Below the pieces are notes generated by a model. The model had not been told where the DNA came from. It saw only the letters and a program-made list of their open reading frames with translations, and ran no database searches. Shown here one piece after another: positions 44,214 through 56,677 of a stretch of DNA of 64,000 nt (within the stretch, counting starts at the first letter, position 1; every line of letters starts with the position of its first letter). The stretch lies in the NCBI RefSeq assembly GCF_988242995.1, contig NZ_OZ547043.1. The stretch is one strand, 5' to 3'. The position numbers and the translations under genes are program-made.

Positions 44214-46190
44214 TTATTCATCTTCAAGATAGGTATAACCGTACAAACCTGCCTCGAACTCTTCAAGGAACTGTTGTTGCAGTTCAGCATCAAGATCGGT
44301 TTTCTTCACTTGATCACGGAACTGGGTTAACAACGTTTTCGGATCGAGCTGTACATATTGCAGCATATCCGCCACGGTATCGCCTTCGTCAGACAGTTCT
44401 ACTTCTACGCTGCCGTCAGGGAAGACGAACACGTCAACCGCTTCGGTATCACCGAACAGGTTGTGCATGTTGCCGAGGATCTCCTGATATGCGCCGACCA
44501 TGAAGAAACCGAGCATCGGCGGATTCTCTGGATCGTACTCCGGCATTGGCATTGTCGTGGCAATACCATCACCATCAATATAGTGATCAATAGCACCGTC
44601 AGAGTCACAGGTAATATCCAGCAGCACAGCGCGGCGTTCCGGCACTTGATCCAACCCTTCCAGCGGCAGAACCGGGAACAACTGGTCGATCCCCCACGCA
44701 TCCGGCATCGACTGGAACAGCGAGAAGTTGACGTACATTTTGTCCGCCATACGTTCCTGCAGCTCGTCGATAATCGGACGATGAGCACGGTTTTGCGGAT
44801 CCAGCTGCTTTTGCACTTCATGGCACATGCTCAAATAAAGCTGCTCAGCCCATGCGCGTTCTTGCAGGCTAAAGGTGCCGGAAGAGTAGCCGATATGAAT
44901 ATCGTGCAGATCCATCTGGCTGTCGTGTAACCATTCACGCAGAGAACGGCGAGTTCCCGGTTCGTGCATCTCCTGCCAGGTTTCCCACATGCTTTGCAGG
45001 GCGCGCGGTGCGTCTTCTGCAGGTGCGGTCGGCACCGTGTATTCGTTACGTTCCACGCCGATGATATTGGACACCAGCACGGTGTGATGCGCAGTCACCG
45101 CACGACCCGACTCGGTGATTACTGTCGGATGTGGCAGACCATTTTCTTCACACGCATCACCAATCGCCCAGATGATGTTGTTAGCGTATTCATTGAGGCC
45201 GTAGTTCACCGAACAGTCGGACTGCGAACGGGTGCCTTCATAGTCCACGCCCAGACCGCCGCCGACGTCGAAGCACTGAATATTGACGCCCAGCTTGTGC
45301 AGCTCAACATAGAAACGCGCGGATTCACGAACGCCTGTCGCGATATCGCGAATATTCGCCATCTGCGAACCGAGGTGGAAGTGCAGCAGTTGCAGGCTGT
45401 CGAGACGCCCGGCTTCACGCAGCGTTTCAACCAGTTGCAGTACCTGAGTCGCCGCCAGGCCGAACTTCGATTTTTCCCCGCCGGAGGACTGCCATTTACC
45501 CGAGCCCTGCGACGCCAGACGTGCACGCACGCCCAGACGAGGAACGACATTCAGACGTTCTGCTTCATCCAGCACAATGGCGATTTCTGACATCTTCTCA
45601 ATGACCAGATAGACCTTGTGCCCCATCTTCTCGCCAATTAATGCCAGGCGGATATATTCGCGGTCCTTATAACCGTTGCAGACGATGACGCTACGGGTCA
45701 TGCCAGCATGTGCCAACACCGCCATCAACTCCGCTTTGGAACCGGCTTCCAGGCCCAGCGGTTCGCCCGAATGAATCAGGGACTCAATCACGCGGCGGTG
45801 CTGATTAACTTTGATCGGATAAACGAGGAAGTAATCGCCGTTATAGCCGTAGGATTCCCGCGCACGTTTGAACGCGGCGTTAATAGAACGCAAACGGTGC
45901 TGCAGGATCTGTGGGAAACAGAACAGTGCAGGCAGACGCTGGCCCTGTGCTTCACGAGTTTTCACTAACTGCGCGAGATCGACGCGAGCTTCCGGGACGT
46001 CCGGGTCCGGGCACACGCTAATGTGGCCCAGCTCGTTAACGTCATAGTAGTTATTGCCCCACCAGGCAATATTGTAAGTACGCAGCATCTTGCTGGCTTC
46101 CTGGGAGCTCATTGCAACCTCCTGCATGGAGCGTAGTACACCGTGTTCGCCCGCTGACGAAGGCAAACCCATAGACATGTCGTCAGACAT
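44214..46190 (-). CDS. speA: Biosynthetic arginine decarboxylase, 658 aa
   Basis: [45 protein letters not shown]... matches SpeA. Confidence 0.95.
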
Positions 46191-46198
46191 AGCGAACC

Positions 46199-46330
46199 TC
46201 AAATTATTTTATTAAGTGTAAAACAGTTAACGACTATCGCAGCCTGGAACTGCGATAACAACCCATAAGCACATGGATTTTCCAGCAGTGAATGCTGACG
46301 CTCCAACTGCGCAACCGGTTTCTTTTTCAT
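46199..46330 (-). CDS. yqgB: Small protein YqgB (43 aa) directly upstream of speA
   Basis: Hand translation gives [43 protein letters not shown]; below the ORF-track size cutoff. Confidence 0.7.
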
Positions 46331-46465
46331 AACATTATTAAGCACATAACCGAACGTAAGTGTGACAGTTCGGCGAAACCACGAGAAAACTCTTGTTTTT
46401 ACAAGAGCGCCCTTGTTCAGTCCTCAGTAGCTGTAACCAGCTCTTGAATCCTGAGAAGCGCCGAG

Positions 46466-46681
46466 ATGGGTATAACATCGGCAGGTATGCAAAGCAGAGA
46501 TGCAGAGTGCGGGGAACGAATCTTCACCAGAACGGTGAGACAGGTTAAGCAGCAGACAACGGTTCATTATTTCGTATCACCTCCACGGCCGCCTGTTAAG
46601 ACGAACCCACAAGCCAAAACTCTGATTTCAACCCGGCTGGAAGTGGCAACACGAAAAAAACGTCGTGTGCTTTTTATTTAA
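46466..46681 (+). CDS. yqgC: Small uncharacterised protein YqgC, 71 aa
   Basis: Matches the remembered YqgC; coding status itself is doubtful. Confidence 0.4.
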
Positions 46682-46929
46682 GCCGCGCGCCGCGTTTTAT
46701 ACCCCACAATGGCAGAAAATTGCAAAAGATAAATACGCAGAATGCCAGCATTGTCAGGAAAAATTTCCAGCCACGTTTTTAACAGAATGAGACACGATTC
46801 AAAAAAAAGTGGAAATTGGGTGAAGAACTGACCTAAAATAGCCATCCAGATGTTAATCCATCCATACCGATTAACACTCAGACTGCCAGTGTTTTTAACC
46901 TGCAGAGTCGTGGTAGGATCCGCTACCAC
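46678..46929 (-). CDS. yqgD: Small uncharacterised protein YqgD, 83 aa from a GTG start
   Basis: Matches the remembered YqgD; coding status doubtful. Confidence 0.4.
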
Positions 46930-46984
46930 AGAAGATCCACACAACAGTTTGAGCTAACCAAATTCTCTTTAGGTGATATTAAAT

Positions 46985-48139
46985 ATGGCAAAACACCTTT
47001 TTACGTCCGAGTCCGTCTCTGAAGGGCATCCTGACAAAATTGCTGACCAAATCTCTGATGCCGTTTTAGACGCGATCCTCGAACAGGATCCGAAAGCACG
47101 CGTTGCTTGCGAAACCTACGTAAAAACCGGCATGGTTTTAGTTGGCGGCGAAATCACCACCAGCGCCTGGGTAGACATCGAAGAGATCACCCGTAACACC
47201 GTTCGCGAAATTGGCTATGTGCATTCCGACATGGGCTTTGACGCTAACTCCTGTGCGGTTCTGAGCGCTATCGGCAAACAGTCTCCTGACATCAACCAGG
47301 GCGTTGACCGTGCCGATCCGCTGGAACAGGGCGCGGGTGACCAGGGTCTGATGTTTGGCTACGCAACCAATGAAACCGACGTGCTGATGCCAGCGCCTAT
47401 CACCTATGCACACCGTCTGGTACAGCGTCAGGCTGAAGTGCGTAAAAACGGCACTCTGCCGTGGCTGCGCCCGGACGCGAAAAGCCAAGTGACTTTCCAG
47501 TATGACGACGGCAAAATCGTTGGTATCGATGCTGTCGTGCTTTCCACTCAGCACTCTGAAGAAATCGACCAAAAATCGCTGCAAGAAGCGGTAATGGAAG
47601 AGATCATCAAGCCGATTCTGCCGGCTGAATGGCTGACTTCTGCCACCAAATTCTTCATCAACCCGACCGGTCGTTTTGTTATCGGTGGCCCGATGGGTGA
47701 CTGCGGTCTGACTGGTCGTAAAATTATCGTTGATACCTACGGCGGCATGGCACGTCACGGTGGTGGTGCATTCTCTGGTAAAGATCCATCAAAAGTGGAC
47801 CGTTCCGCAGCGTACGCAGCACGTTATGTCGCGAAAAACATCGTTGCTGCTGGCCTGGCCGATCGTTGTGAAATTCAGGTTTCCTACGCAATCGGCGTGG
47901 CTGAACCGACCTCTATCATGGTGGAAACTTTCGGTACTGAGAAAGTGCCTTCTGAACAGCTGACTCTGCTGGTACGTGAGTTCTTTGACCTGCGTCCATA
48001 CGGTCTGATTCAGATGCTGGATCTGCTGCACCCGATCTACAAAGAAACCGCAGCATACGGTCACTTTGGTCGCGAACATTTCCCGTGGGAAAAAACCGAC
48101 AAAGCGCAGCTGCTGCGCGATGCTGCCGGTCTGAAGTAA
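46985..48139 (+). CDS. metK: S-adenosylmethionine synthetase, 384 aa
   Basis: [45 protein letters not shown]... matches MetK. Confidence 0.97.
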
Positions 48140-48161
48140 TTTTTCTTCACCTGCTTTCAAA

Positions 48162-48190
48162 GGCCAGCCTCGCGCTGGCCTTTTTCTTTT
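48162..48190 (+). terminator. Intrinsic terminator downstream of metK
   Basis: ggccagc-ctcgc-gctggcc hairpin followed by tttttctttt. Confidence 0.8.
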
Positions 48191-48574
48191 ACCTCACCGC
48201 GGTGGATAGGCGTTCACGCCGCATCCGGCAAAAAGCTGCCCGCACAATAACATCATTCTTCCTGAACACGTTTTACCGCAAATTATCATCGCTACTGAAA
48301 CCGATTACACCAACCACACCAGAAAAAGATTTGTAATATTTTCATATTATTATTCAGTTTTCACGGTTGTTACATTTCTTTTCAGTAAAGTCTTAATTGC
48401 AGATAACAGCGTTTAATCTATGATGATATAACTCAATTATTTTCATGCACTTAAATCATAACTAAGATAAATGTTAGTGTAATCGATTACACTGATGTGA
48501 TTTGCTTCACATCTTTTTACGTCGTACTCACCTATCTTAATTCACAATAAAAAATAACCATATTGGAGGGCATC

Positions 48575-49969
48575 ATGCCTGACGCTAAAAAACAGGGGCG
48601 GTCAAACAAGGCAATGACGTTTTTCGTCTGCTTCCTTGCCGCTCTGGCGGGATTACTCTTTGGCCTGGATATCGGTGTAATTGCTGGCGCACTGCCGTTT
48701 ATTGCAGATGAATTCCAGATTACTTCGCACACGCAAGAATGGGTCGTAAGCTCCATGATGTTCGGTGCGGCAGTCGGTGCGGTGGGCAGCGGCTGGCTCT
48801 CCTTTAAACTCGGGCGCAAAAAGAGCCTGATGATCGGCGCAATCCTGTTTGTTGCCGGTTCACTGTTCTCTGCGGCTGCGCCAAACGTTGAAGTACTGAT
48901 TCTTTCCCGCGTTCTGCTGGGGCTGGCGGTGGGTGTGGCCTCTTATACCGCACCACTGTACCTGTCAGAAATTGCGCCGGAAAAAATTCGCGGCAGTATG
49001 ATCTCGATGTATCAGTTGATGATCACTATCGGGATCCTCGGTGCTTATCTTTCTGATACCGCCTTCAGCTACACCGGTGCATGGCGCTGGATGCTGGGTG
49101 TGATTATCATCCCGGCAATTTTGCTGCTGATTGGTGTCTTCTTCCTGCCAGACAGCCCACGTTGGTTTGCCGCCAAGCGCCGTTTTGTTGATGCCGAACG
49201 CGTGCTGCTACGCCTGCGTGACACCAGCGCGGAAGCGAAACGCGAACTGGATGAAATCCGTGAAAGTTTGCAGGTTAAACAGAGTGGCTGGGCGCTGTTT
49301 AAAGAGAATAGCAACTTCCGCCGCGCGGTGTTCCTTGGCGTACTGTTACAGGTAATGCAGCAATTCACCGGGATGAACGTCATCATGTATTACGCGCCGA
49401 AAATCTTCGAACTGGCGGGTTATACCAACACTACCGAGCAAATGTGGGGGACAGTGATTGTCGGCCTGACCAACGTACTTGCCACCTTTATCGCAATCGG
49501 CCTTGTTGACCGCTGGGGACGTAAACCAACGCTAACGCTGGGCTTCCTGGTGATGGCTGCTGGCATGGGCGTACTCGGTACAATGATGCATATCGGTATT
49601 CACTCTCCGTCAGCGCAGTATTTCGCCATCGCCATGCTGCTGATGTTTATTGTCGGTTTTGCCATGAGTGCCGGTCCGCTGATTTGGGTACTGTGCTCCG
49701 AAATTCAGCCGCTGAAAGGCCGCGATTTTGGCATCACCTGCTCCACCGCCACCAACTGGATTGCCAACATGATCGTTGGCGCAACGTTCCTGACCATGCT
49801 CAACACGCTGGGTAACGCCAACACCTTCTGGGTGTATGCGGCTCTGAACGTATTGTTTATCCTGCTGACATTGTGGCTGGTACCGGAAACCAAACACGTT
49901 TCGCTGGAACATATTGAACGTAATCTGATGAAAGGTCGTAAACTGCGCGAAATCGGCGCTCACGATTAA
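48575..49969 (+). CDS. galP: Galactose:H+ symporter (MFS sugar porter), 464 aa
   Basis: GGAGGG Shine-Dalgarno; [42 protein letters not shown]... matches GalP. Confidence 0.95.
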   Translation: MPDAKKQGRSNKAMTFFVCFLAALAGLLFGLDIGVIAGALPFIADEFQITSHTQEWVVSSMMFGAAVGAVGSGWLSFKLGRKKSLMIGAILFVAGSLFSAAAPNVEVLILSRVLLGLAVGVASYTAPLYLSEIAPEKIRGSMISMYQLMITIGILGAYLSDTAFSYTGAWRWMLGVIIIPAILLLIGVFFLPDSPRWFAAKRRFVDAERVLLRLRDTSAEAKRELDEIRESLQVKQSGWALFKENSNFRRAVFLGVLLQVMQQFTGMNVIMYYAPKIFELAGYTNTTEQMWGTVIVGLTNVLATFIAIGLVDRWGRKPTLTLGFLVMAAGMGVLGTMMHIGIHSPSAQYFAIAMLLMFIVGFAMSAGPLIWVLCSEIQPLKGRDFGITCSTATNWIANMIVGATFLTMLNTLGNANTFWVYAALNVLFILLTLWLVPETKHVSLEHIERNLMKGRKLREIGAHD

Positions 49970-50045
49970 TCTCCTCAGGCTTCCTCCCGTCGCGGAGGAA
50001 GCCGCCTCTTGCAGTCATCTTTTCTTCGCTCTATCCTCTGCCGCT

Positions 50046-50543
50046 ATGAAAACATCCCGTCTCCCTATCGCCATCCAACAGGCCGTTATGCGTCGCCTGC
50101 GGGAAAAACTCGCCCAGGCTAACCTGAAATTGGGGCGTAACTACCCGGAGCCAAAACTCTCTTATACCCAGCGCGGCACCTCCGCCGGAACAGCCTGGCT
50201 GGAAAGCTATGAAATTCGCCTCAATCCCGTTTTGCTGTTGGAAAACAGTGAAGCCTTTATTGAAGAAGTGGTGCCGCACGAACTGGCACATTTGCTGGTA
50301 TGGAAACATTTCGGCCGCGTAGCGCCACATGGCAAAGAGTGGAAGTGGATGATGGAAAGCGTGCTGGGCGTTCCTGCCCGTCGTACGCATCAGTTTGAAC
50401 TGCAATCCGTGCGCCGCAACACCTTCCCCTACCGCTGCAAGTGCCAGGAGCATCAGCTTACCGTACGCCGTCATAATCGCGTAGTTCGTGGCGAAGCCGT
50501 CTACCGCTGTGTTCACTGCGGCGAACAGCTGGTTGCGAAATAA
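50046..50543 (+). CDS. sprT: SprT-family zinc metalloprotease-like protein, 165 aa
   Basis: HELAH motif; matches SprT (YggI). Confidence 0.9.
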   Translation: MKTSRLPIAIQQAVMRRLREKLAQANLKLGRNYPEPKLSYTQRGTSAGTAWLESYEIRLNPVLLLENSEAFIEEVVPHELAHLLVWKHFGRVAPHGKEWKWMMESVLGVPARRTHQFELQSVRRNTFPYRCKCQEHQLTVRRHNRVVRGEAVYRCVHCGEQLVAK

Positions 50544-50637
50544 CCACCTGAACTATCAGGAACTTTCCTGATCTGGCTGATTGCATACCAAAACAACTTT
50601 CGCTACGTTGCTGGCTCGTTTTAACACGGAGTAAGTG

Positions 50638-51345
50638 ATGTACCGTTATTTGTCTATTGCTGCGGTGGTACTGAGCGCAGCATTTTCCGGCCCGGCGTTG
50701 GCCGAAGGTATCAATAGTTTTTCTCAGGCGAAAGCCGCGGCGGTAAAAGTCCACGCTGACGCGCCCGGTACGTTTTATTGCGGATGTAAAATTAACTGGC
50801 AGGGCAAAAAAGGCGTTGTTGATCTGCAATCGTGCGGCTATCAGGTGCGCAAAAATGAAAACCGCGCCAGCCGTGTAGAGTGGGAACACGTCGTTCCCGC
50901 CTGGCAATTCGGTCACCAGCGCCAGTGCTGGCAGGACGGTGGACGTAAAAACTGCACTAAAGATCCGGTCTATCGCAAGATGGAAAGCGATATGCATAAC
51001 TTGCAACCGTCAGTCGGCGAGGTGAATGGCGATCGCGGCAACTTTATGTACAGCCAGTGGAATGGCGGCGAAGGCCAGTACGGTCAATGCGCCATGAAGG
51101 TCGATTTCAAAGAAAAAGCTGCCGAACCACCAGCGCGTGCACGCGGTGCCATTGCGCGCACCTACTTCTATATGCGCGACCAATACAACCTGACACTCTC
51201 TCGCCAGCAAACGCAGCTGTTCAACGCATGGAACAAGATGTATCCGGTTACCGACTGGGAGTGCGAGCGCGATGAACGCATCGCGAAGGTGCAGGGCAAT
51301 CATAACCCGTATGTGCAACGCGCTTGCCAGGCGCGAAAGAGCTAA
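50638..51345 (+). CDS. endA: Periplasmic endonuclease I, 235 aa
   Basis: Signal peptide [22 protein letters not shown]; matches EndA. Confidence 0.9.
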   Translation: MYRYLSIAAVVLSAAFSGPALAEGINSFSQAKAAAVKVHADAPGTFYCGCKINWQGKKGVVDLQSCGYQVRKNENRASRVEWEHVVPAWQFGHQRQCWQDGGRKNCTKDPVYRKMESDMHNLQPSVGEVNGDRGNFMYSQWNGGEGQYGQCAMKVDFKEKAAEPPARARGAIARTYFYMRDQYNLTLSRQQTQLFNAWNKMYPVTDWECERDERIAKVQGNHNPYVQRACQARKS

Positions 51346-51424
51346 CCTACACTAGCGGGATTCTTTTTGTTAACCCCTACCCCACGCGTACAACCGCGTG
51401 GGGAGACGACGCGGATTTTTAACT

Positions 51425-52156
51425 ATGCGTATCCCCCGCATTTATCATCCTGAACCACTGACCAGCCATTCTCACATCGCGCTTTGCGAAGATGCCGCCA
51501 ACCATATCGGGCGCGTACTGCGCATGGGGCCGGGGCAGGCGTTGCAATTATTTGACGGTAGCAACCAGGTCTTTGACGCCGAAATTACCAGCGCCAGCAA
51601 AAAAAGCGTGGAAGTGAAGGTGCTGGAAGGCCAGATCGACGATCGCGAATCTCCGCTGCATATTCACCTCGGTCAGGTGATGTCGCGTGGTGAAAAAATG
51701 GAATTTACTATCCAGAAATCGATCGAACTCGGTGTAAGCCTCATTACGCCACTTTTTTCTGAGCGCTGCGGCGTTAAACTGGATAGTGAACGTCTGAACA
51801 AGAAGCTTCAGCAGTGGCAGAAGATTGCAATTGCTGCCTGTGAGCAGTGTGGTCGTAACCGGGTGCCGGAAATCCGTCCAGCGATGGATCTGGAAGCCTG
51901 GTGTGCAGAGCAGGATGAAGGACTGAAACTGAATCTTCACCCGCGCGCCAGTAACAGCATCAATACGTTGCCTTTACCGGTTGAACGCGTCCGCCTGCTG
52001 ATTGGCCCGGAAGGCGGTTTATCGGCAGATGAAATTGCCATGACTGCCCGCTATCAATTTACTGATATCCTGTTGGGACCTCGCGTTTTGCGTACAGAGA
52101 CAACTGCGCTCACCGCCATTACCGCGCTACAAGTACGATTTGGCGATTTGGGCTAA
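51425..52156 (+). CDS. rsmE: 16S rRNA m3U1498 methyltransferase, 243 aa
   Basis: [38 protein letters not shown]... matches RsmE. Confidence 0.9.
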
Positions 52157-52168
52157 CGGAGAAGAATA

Positions 52169-53119
52169 ATGATCAAGCTCGGCATCGTGATGGACCCCAT
52201 CGCAAACATCAACATCAAGAAAGATTCCAGTTTCGCTATGTTGCTGGAAGCACAGCGTCGTGGTTACGAACTTCACTATATGGAGATGGGCGATCTGTAT
52301 CTGATCAATGGCGAAGCCCGCGCCCATACCCGCACGCTGAACGTGAAGCAGAACTACGAAGAGTGGTTTTCATTCGTCGGTGAACAGGATCTGCCGCTGG
52401 CCGATCTCGATGTGATCCTGATGCGTAAAGACCCGCCGTTTGATACCGAGTTTATCTACGCGACCTATATTCTGGAACGTGCCGAAGAGAAAGGGTCGCT
52501 GATCGTTAACAAGCCGCAGAGCCTGCGCGACTGTAACGAGAAACTGTTTACCGCCTGGTTCTCTGACTTAACGCCAGAAACGCTGGTTACGCGCAATAAA
52601 GCGCAGCTAAAAGCGTTCTGGGAGAAACACAGCGACATCATTCTTAAGCCGCTGGACGGTATGGGCGGCGCGTCGATTTTCCGCGTGAAAGAAGGCGATC
52701 CAAACCTCGGCGTGATTGCCGAAACCCTGACTGAGCATGGCACTCGCTACTGCATGGCGCAAAATTACCTGCCAGCCATTAAAGATGGCGACAAACGCGT
52801 GCTGGTGGTGGATGGCGAGCCGGTACCGTACTGCCTGGCGCGTATTCCGCAGGGGGGCGAAACCCGTGGCAATCTGGCTGCCGGTGGTCGCGGTGAACCT
52901 CGTCCGCTGACGGAAAGTGACTGGAAAATCGCCCGTCAGATCGGGCCGACGTTGAAAGAAAAAGGGCTGATTTTTGTTGGTCTGGATATCATCGGCGACC
53001 GTCTGACTGAAATTAACGTCACCAGCCCAACCTGTATTCGTGAGATTGAAGCAGAGTTTCCGGTGTCGATCACCGGAATGTTAATGGATGCCATCGAAGC
53101 ACGTTTACAGCAGCAGTAA
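52169..53119 (+). CDS. gshB: Glutathione synthetase, 316 aa
   Basis: MIKLGIVMDPIANINIKKDSSFAMLLEAQRRGYELHYMEMGDLYL... matches GshB. Confidence 0.95.
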   Translation: MIKLGIVMDPIANINIKKDSSFAMLLEAQRRGYELHYMEMGDLYLINGEARAHTRTLNVKQNYEEWFSFVGEQDLPLADLDVILMRKDPPFDTEFIYATYILERAEEKGSLIVNKPQSLRDCNEKLFTAWFSDLTPETLVTRNKAQLKAFWEKHSDIILKPLDGMGGASIFRVKEGDPNLGVIAETLTEHGTRYCMAQNYLPAIKDGDKRVLVVDGEPVPYCLARIPQGGETRGNLAAGGRGEPRPLTESDWKIARQIGPTLKEKGLIFVGLDIIGDRLTEINVTSPTCIREIEAEFPVSITGMLMDAIEARLQQQ

Positions 53120-53227
53120 CCCACCTTAGCGAGAAGGATCTCGTTGAGACTCTGAGTGACAGCGCCCTTCTTTCCACGCATACTGGGCGCTGTTGCTTTT
53201 TTGAACCAGGAAACAGAACCTCTGACA

Positions 53228-53791
53228 ATGAATTTACAGCATCACTTTCTTATTGCCATGCCTGCTCTCCAGGATCCGATTTTCCGTCGTTCCGTGGTCT
53301 ACATTTGCGAACATAATACCAATGGTGCAATGGGGATCATCGTCAACAAGCCGCTGGAAAATCTCAAAATTGAAGGGATTCTGGAAAAGCTGAAGATCAC
53401 GCCGGAGCCGCGTGATGAATCAATCCGTCTGGATAAACCGGTTATGCTCGGCGGTCCGCTGGCTGAAGATCGCGGGTTTATTTTGCATACTCCGCCCTCC
53501 AATTTTGCTTCCAGCATTCGCATTTCAGACAACACAGTGATGACCACTTCCCGCGATGTGCTGGAAACGCTCGGCACCGATAAACAACCGTCTGACGTAT
53601 TGGTGGCTCTGGGTTATGCCTCCTGGGAAAAAGGTCAACTGGAACAAGAAATTCTCGATAACGCGTGGCTAACGGCCCCGGCGGATCTGAATATTCTGTT
53701 CAAAACGCCGATTGCCGACCGCTGGCGCGAGGCGGCAAAACTGATTGGTGTGGATATTCTCACCATGCCTAGTGTGGCAGGGCACGCCTGA
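53228..53791 (+). CDS. yqgE: UPF0301 protein YqgE, 187 aa
   Basis: [30 protein letters not shown]... matches YqgE. Confidence 0.9.
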
Positions 53792-54207
53792 TGAGTGGAA
53801 CCTTACTCGCCTTCGACTTCGGCACCAAAAGCATTGGCGTAGCGGTCGGCCAACGCATTACCGGCACTGCTCGCCCTTTGCCTGCAATTAAAGCACAGGA
53901 CGGTACGCCGGACTGGAACCTCATCGAACGTTTACTGAAAGAGTGGCAGCCGGACGAAATCATCGTCGGTTTGCCGCTGAATATGGACGGCACCGAGCAA
54001 CCATTGACTGCCAGAGCGCGTAAATTTGCCAACCGTATTCATGGCCGTTTCGGTGTTGAAGTAAAGCTCCATGACGAGCGTCTTAGCACTGTGGAAGCCC
54101 GTTCCGGTCTGTTTGAACAGGGCGGCTATCGGGCGCTCAACAAAGGCAAAGTTGACTCTGCCTCTGCGGTTATTATTCTCGAAAGCTATTTCGAGCAGGG
54201 ATATTAA
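53791..54207 (+). CDS. yqgF: Holliday-junction-resolvase-like pre-16S rRNA nuclease YqgF/RuvX, 138 aa
   Basis: [25 protein letters not shown]...; ATGA overlap with the yqgE stop. Confidence 0.95.
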
Positions 54208-54254
54208 GGCGATTTAAACGCCTGGCGGAGTGTAAATAATATCATCGCGTCTTA

Positions 54255-54382
54255 TTGCCGGATGCGGCGTGAACACCTTATCCAGCACACATCTGGCAGC
54301 GGCTATAGGTCTGATAAGACGCGTTAGCGTCGCATCAGACATTTATTGCCTTTGTAGGCCCGATAAGCTTGCGCATCGGGCA
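54255..54382. repeat. REP/BIME cluster (three REP units) between yqgF and yggR
   Basis: gccggatgcggcgtgaacaccttatccagc, aggtctgataagacgcgttagcgtcgcatcagac and gtaggcccgataagcttgcgcatcgggc. Confidence 0.8.
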
Positions 54383-54390
54383 TGGCAACG

Positions 54391-55371
54391 TCACAAACGC
54401 CCTTCCCCCACCCGGTGCTGATAACTCTGCTGAAACGTTATCATCCCCACCTGCTGCCCGGTTTGAATAACATGCGGTAACTGGTGGGTTTTCCCTTCGC
54501 GAATCAAATTCCCCACCGCGGGTGTGTTAATCAGCAATTCAAATAGCGCCACGCGTCCTTCCTGTTTATCCACTTCCAGCTTTTGTGACAGCACTGCCCG
54601 TAAACTACCTGCCAGTTGATTACGCACGGGGTCTTTTTCCTGCGCCGGAAATGAATCCACCAGTCGCTCAACTGCCTGCGCGGCACCACGCGTATGTAAT
54701 GTTGCCAGCACCAAATGCCCGGTTTCTGCCGCCGTCAGTGCCAGACGGATTGTCTCGCTGTCACGCAGCTCTCCGAGCAAAATCACATCAGGATCTTCCC
54801 GCAATGCGGCCCGCAATCCCGATGCGAACGTCATACAGTGCAAACCAATTTCCCGCTGCTGGATCAAACATCGCTGGCTGGCATAGAGATATTCAACAGG
54901 ATCTTCCAGCGTCAGAATATGCGCATCGGCATGTTGATTGAGATAGCCAACCATCGCCGCCAGCGTGGTAGATTTGCCACTCCCCGTCGCCCCCGTCACC
55001 AGAATCAGGCCATTCTCGCTCTTGAGTAATTCCGGCAATACCGTTGGTGCGCCAAGCTGTTCGAGCTGCGGGCAGTGCGAAGGTAACAGCCGTAACGCCA
55101 GCGAAATGCCATGCCGTTGCGCGAATGCGCTGCCACGCAATCGCTGGTTTTCCGCCAGCGACACGGCAAAATCCAGCTGACCATTCTCCAGCAATATTGC
55201 CCGCTGATCGTCATCCAGCCACTCCCGCAGTAGCTCTTCGACGTCCGGCGTATCAAACGGCGCAGCTTCCATTCTGCCGCGAATGCGCCATCGTGCGGGC
55301 CAGGCGCTGCACAGGTGTAGATCCGAGACGTTATGCTTTACACTAAGGGCCACAATTTCTTCCATATTCAT
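54391..55371 (-). CDS. yggR: PilT-like type IV pilus retraction ATPase homolog, 326 aa
   Basis: Walker A GATGSGKST; MNMEEIVALSVKHNVSDLHL... matches YggR. Confidence 0.9.
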   Translation of the reverse strand: MNMEEIVALSVKHNVSDLHLCSAWPARWRIRGRMEAAPFDTPDVEELLREWLDDDQRAILLENGQLDFAVSLAENQRLRGSAFAQRHGISLALRLLPSHCPQLEQLGAPTVLPELLKSENGLILVTGATGSGKSTTLAAMVGYLNQHADAHILTLEDPVEYLYASQRCLIQQREIGLHCMTFASGLRAALREDPDVILLGELRDSETIRLALTAAETGHLVLATLHTRGAAQAVERLVDSFPAQEKDPVRNQLAGSLRAVLSQKLEVDKQEGRVALFELLINTPAVGNLIREGKTHQLPHVIQTGQQVGMITFQQSYQHRVGEGRL

Positions 55372-55388
55372 ACTAAGATCCTCGGAAA

Positions 55389-56093
55389 ATGAACGATATT
55401 GCGCATAACCTGGCACAGGTCCGGGACAAAATCTCAGCGGCTGCAACGCGTTGCGGCCGTTCTCCAGAAGAAATTACGCTGCTTGCAGTCAGTAAAACAA
55501 AACCTGCGAGCGCCATCGCAGAAGCCATTGATGCCGGGCAGCGTCAATTTGGTGAAAACTACGTTCAGGAAGGGGTAGATAAAATTCGCCACTTTCAGGA
55601 ACTGGGCGTAACAGGATTAGAATGGCATTTTATTGGCCCGTTGCAGTCTAATAAAAGCCGCCTGGTGGCAGAGCATTTCGACTGGTGTCATACCATCGAC
55701 CGTTTGCGCATCGCTACCCGTCTCAACGACCAGCGCCCGGCAGAACTTCCCCCTCTTAACGTTCTGATTCAAATTAACATTAGTGATGAAAACAGTAAGT
55801 CCGGGATTCAACTGGCTGAACTGGACGAGCTGGCAGCTGCGGTCGCTGAACTACCGCGTTTACGTCTGCGCGGGTTGATGGCAATCCCTGCGCCTGAGTC
55901 AGAATATGTAAGGCAGTTTGAAGTTGCACGCCAAATGGCTGTAGCATTTGCCGGACTGAAAACGCGCTACCCGCATATCGACACGCTCTCTCTGGGAATG
56001 TCGGACGATATGGAAGCCGCCATTGCGGCAGGTAGCACGATGGTTCGTATCGGCACTGCAATTTTTGGTGCGCGTGATTACTCTAAAAAATAA
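55389..56093 (+). CDS. yggS: PLP-homeostasis protein (YggS/PLPBP family), 234 aa
   Basis: MNDIAHNLAQVRDKISAAATRCGRSPEEITLLAVSKTKP... matches YggS. Confidence 0.95.
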   Translation: MNDIAHNLAQVRDKISAAATRCGRSPEEITLLAVSKTKPASAIAEAIDAGQRQFGENYVQEGVDKIRHFQELGVTGLEWHFIGPLQSNKSRLVAEHFDWCHTIDRLRIATRLNDQRPAELPPLNVLIQINISDENSKSGIQLAELDELAAAVAELPRLRLRGLMAIPAPESEYVRQFEVARQMAVAFAGLKTRYPHIDTLSLGMSDDMEAAIAAGSTMVRIGTAIFGARDYSKK

Positions 56094-56110
56094 GGAATTA
56101 AAGGAACGCC

Positions 56111-56677
56111 ATGAATACGTTGACTTTCCTGCTTTCAACGGTCATTGAGCTGTATACCATGGTGCTGTTATTACGCATCTGGATGCAGTGGGCTCATTGT
56201 GATTTTTACAACCCCTTCTCACAGTTTGTAGTGAAGGTAACGCAGCCAATTATCGGGCCACTGCGCCGCGTTATTCCGGCAATGGGGCCAATTGACAGCG
56301 CCTCGCTGCTGGTTGCCTATATTCTCAGTTTTATCAAAGCCATCGTGCTGTTTAAAGTGGTGACCTTCCTGCCAATCATCTGGATTGCCGGTTTACTGAT
56401 TCTGCTGAAAACCATCGGCCTGCTGATTTTCTGGGTCCTGCTGGTGATGGCGATTATGAGCTGGGTAAGCCAGGGGCGTAGCCCGATTGAATACGTGCTG
56501 ATTCAGCTGGCCGATCCGCTGCTGCGCCCGATTCGCCGCCTGCTACCGGCAATGGGTGGGATTGATTTCTCGCCGATGATCCTCGTTCTGCTGCTGTATG
56601 TCATCAATATGGGTGTCGCAGAAGTATTACAGGCAACCGGAAATATGCTGCTGCCAGGGCTGTGGATGGCGTTATGA
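56111..56677 (+). CDS. yggT: YggT-family inner membrane protein, 188 aa
   Basis: [27 protein letters not shown]... matches YggT. Confidence 0.9.
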
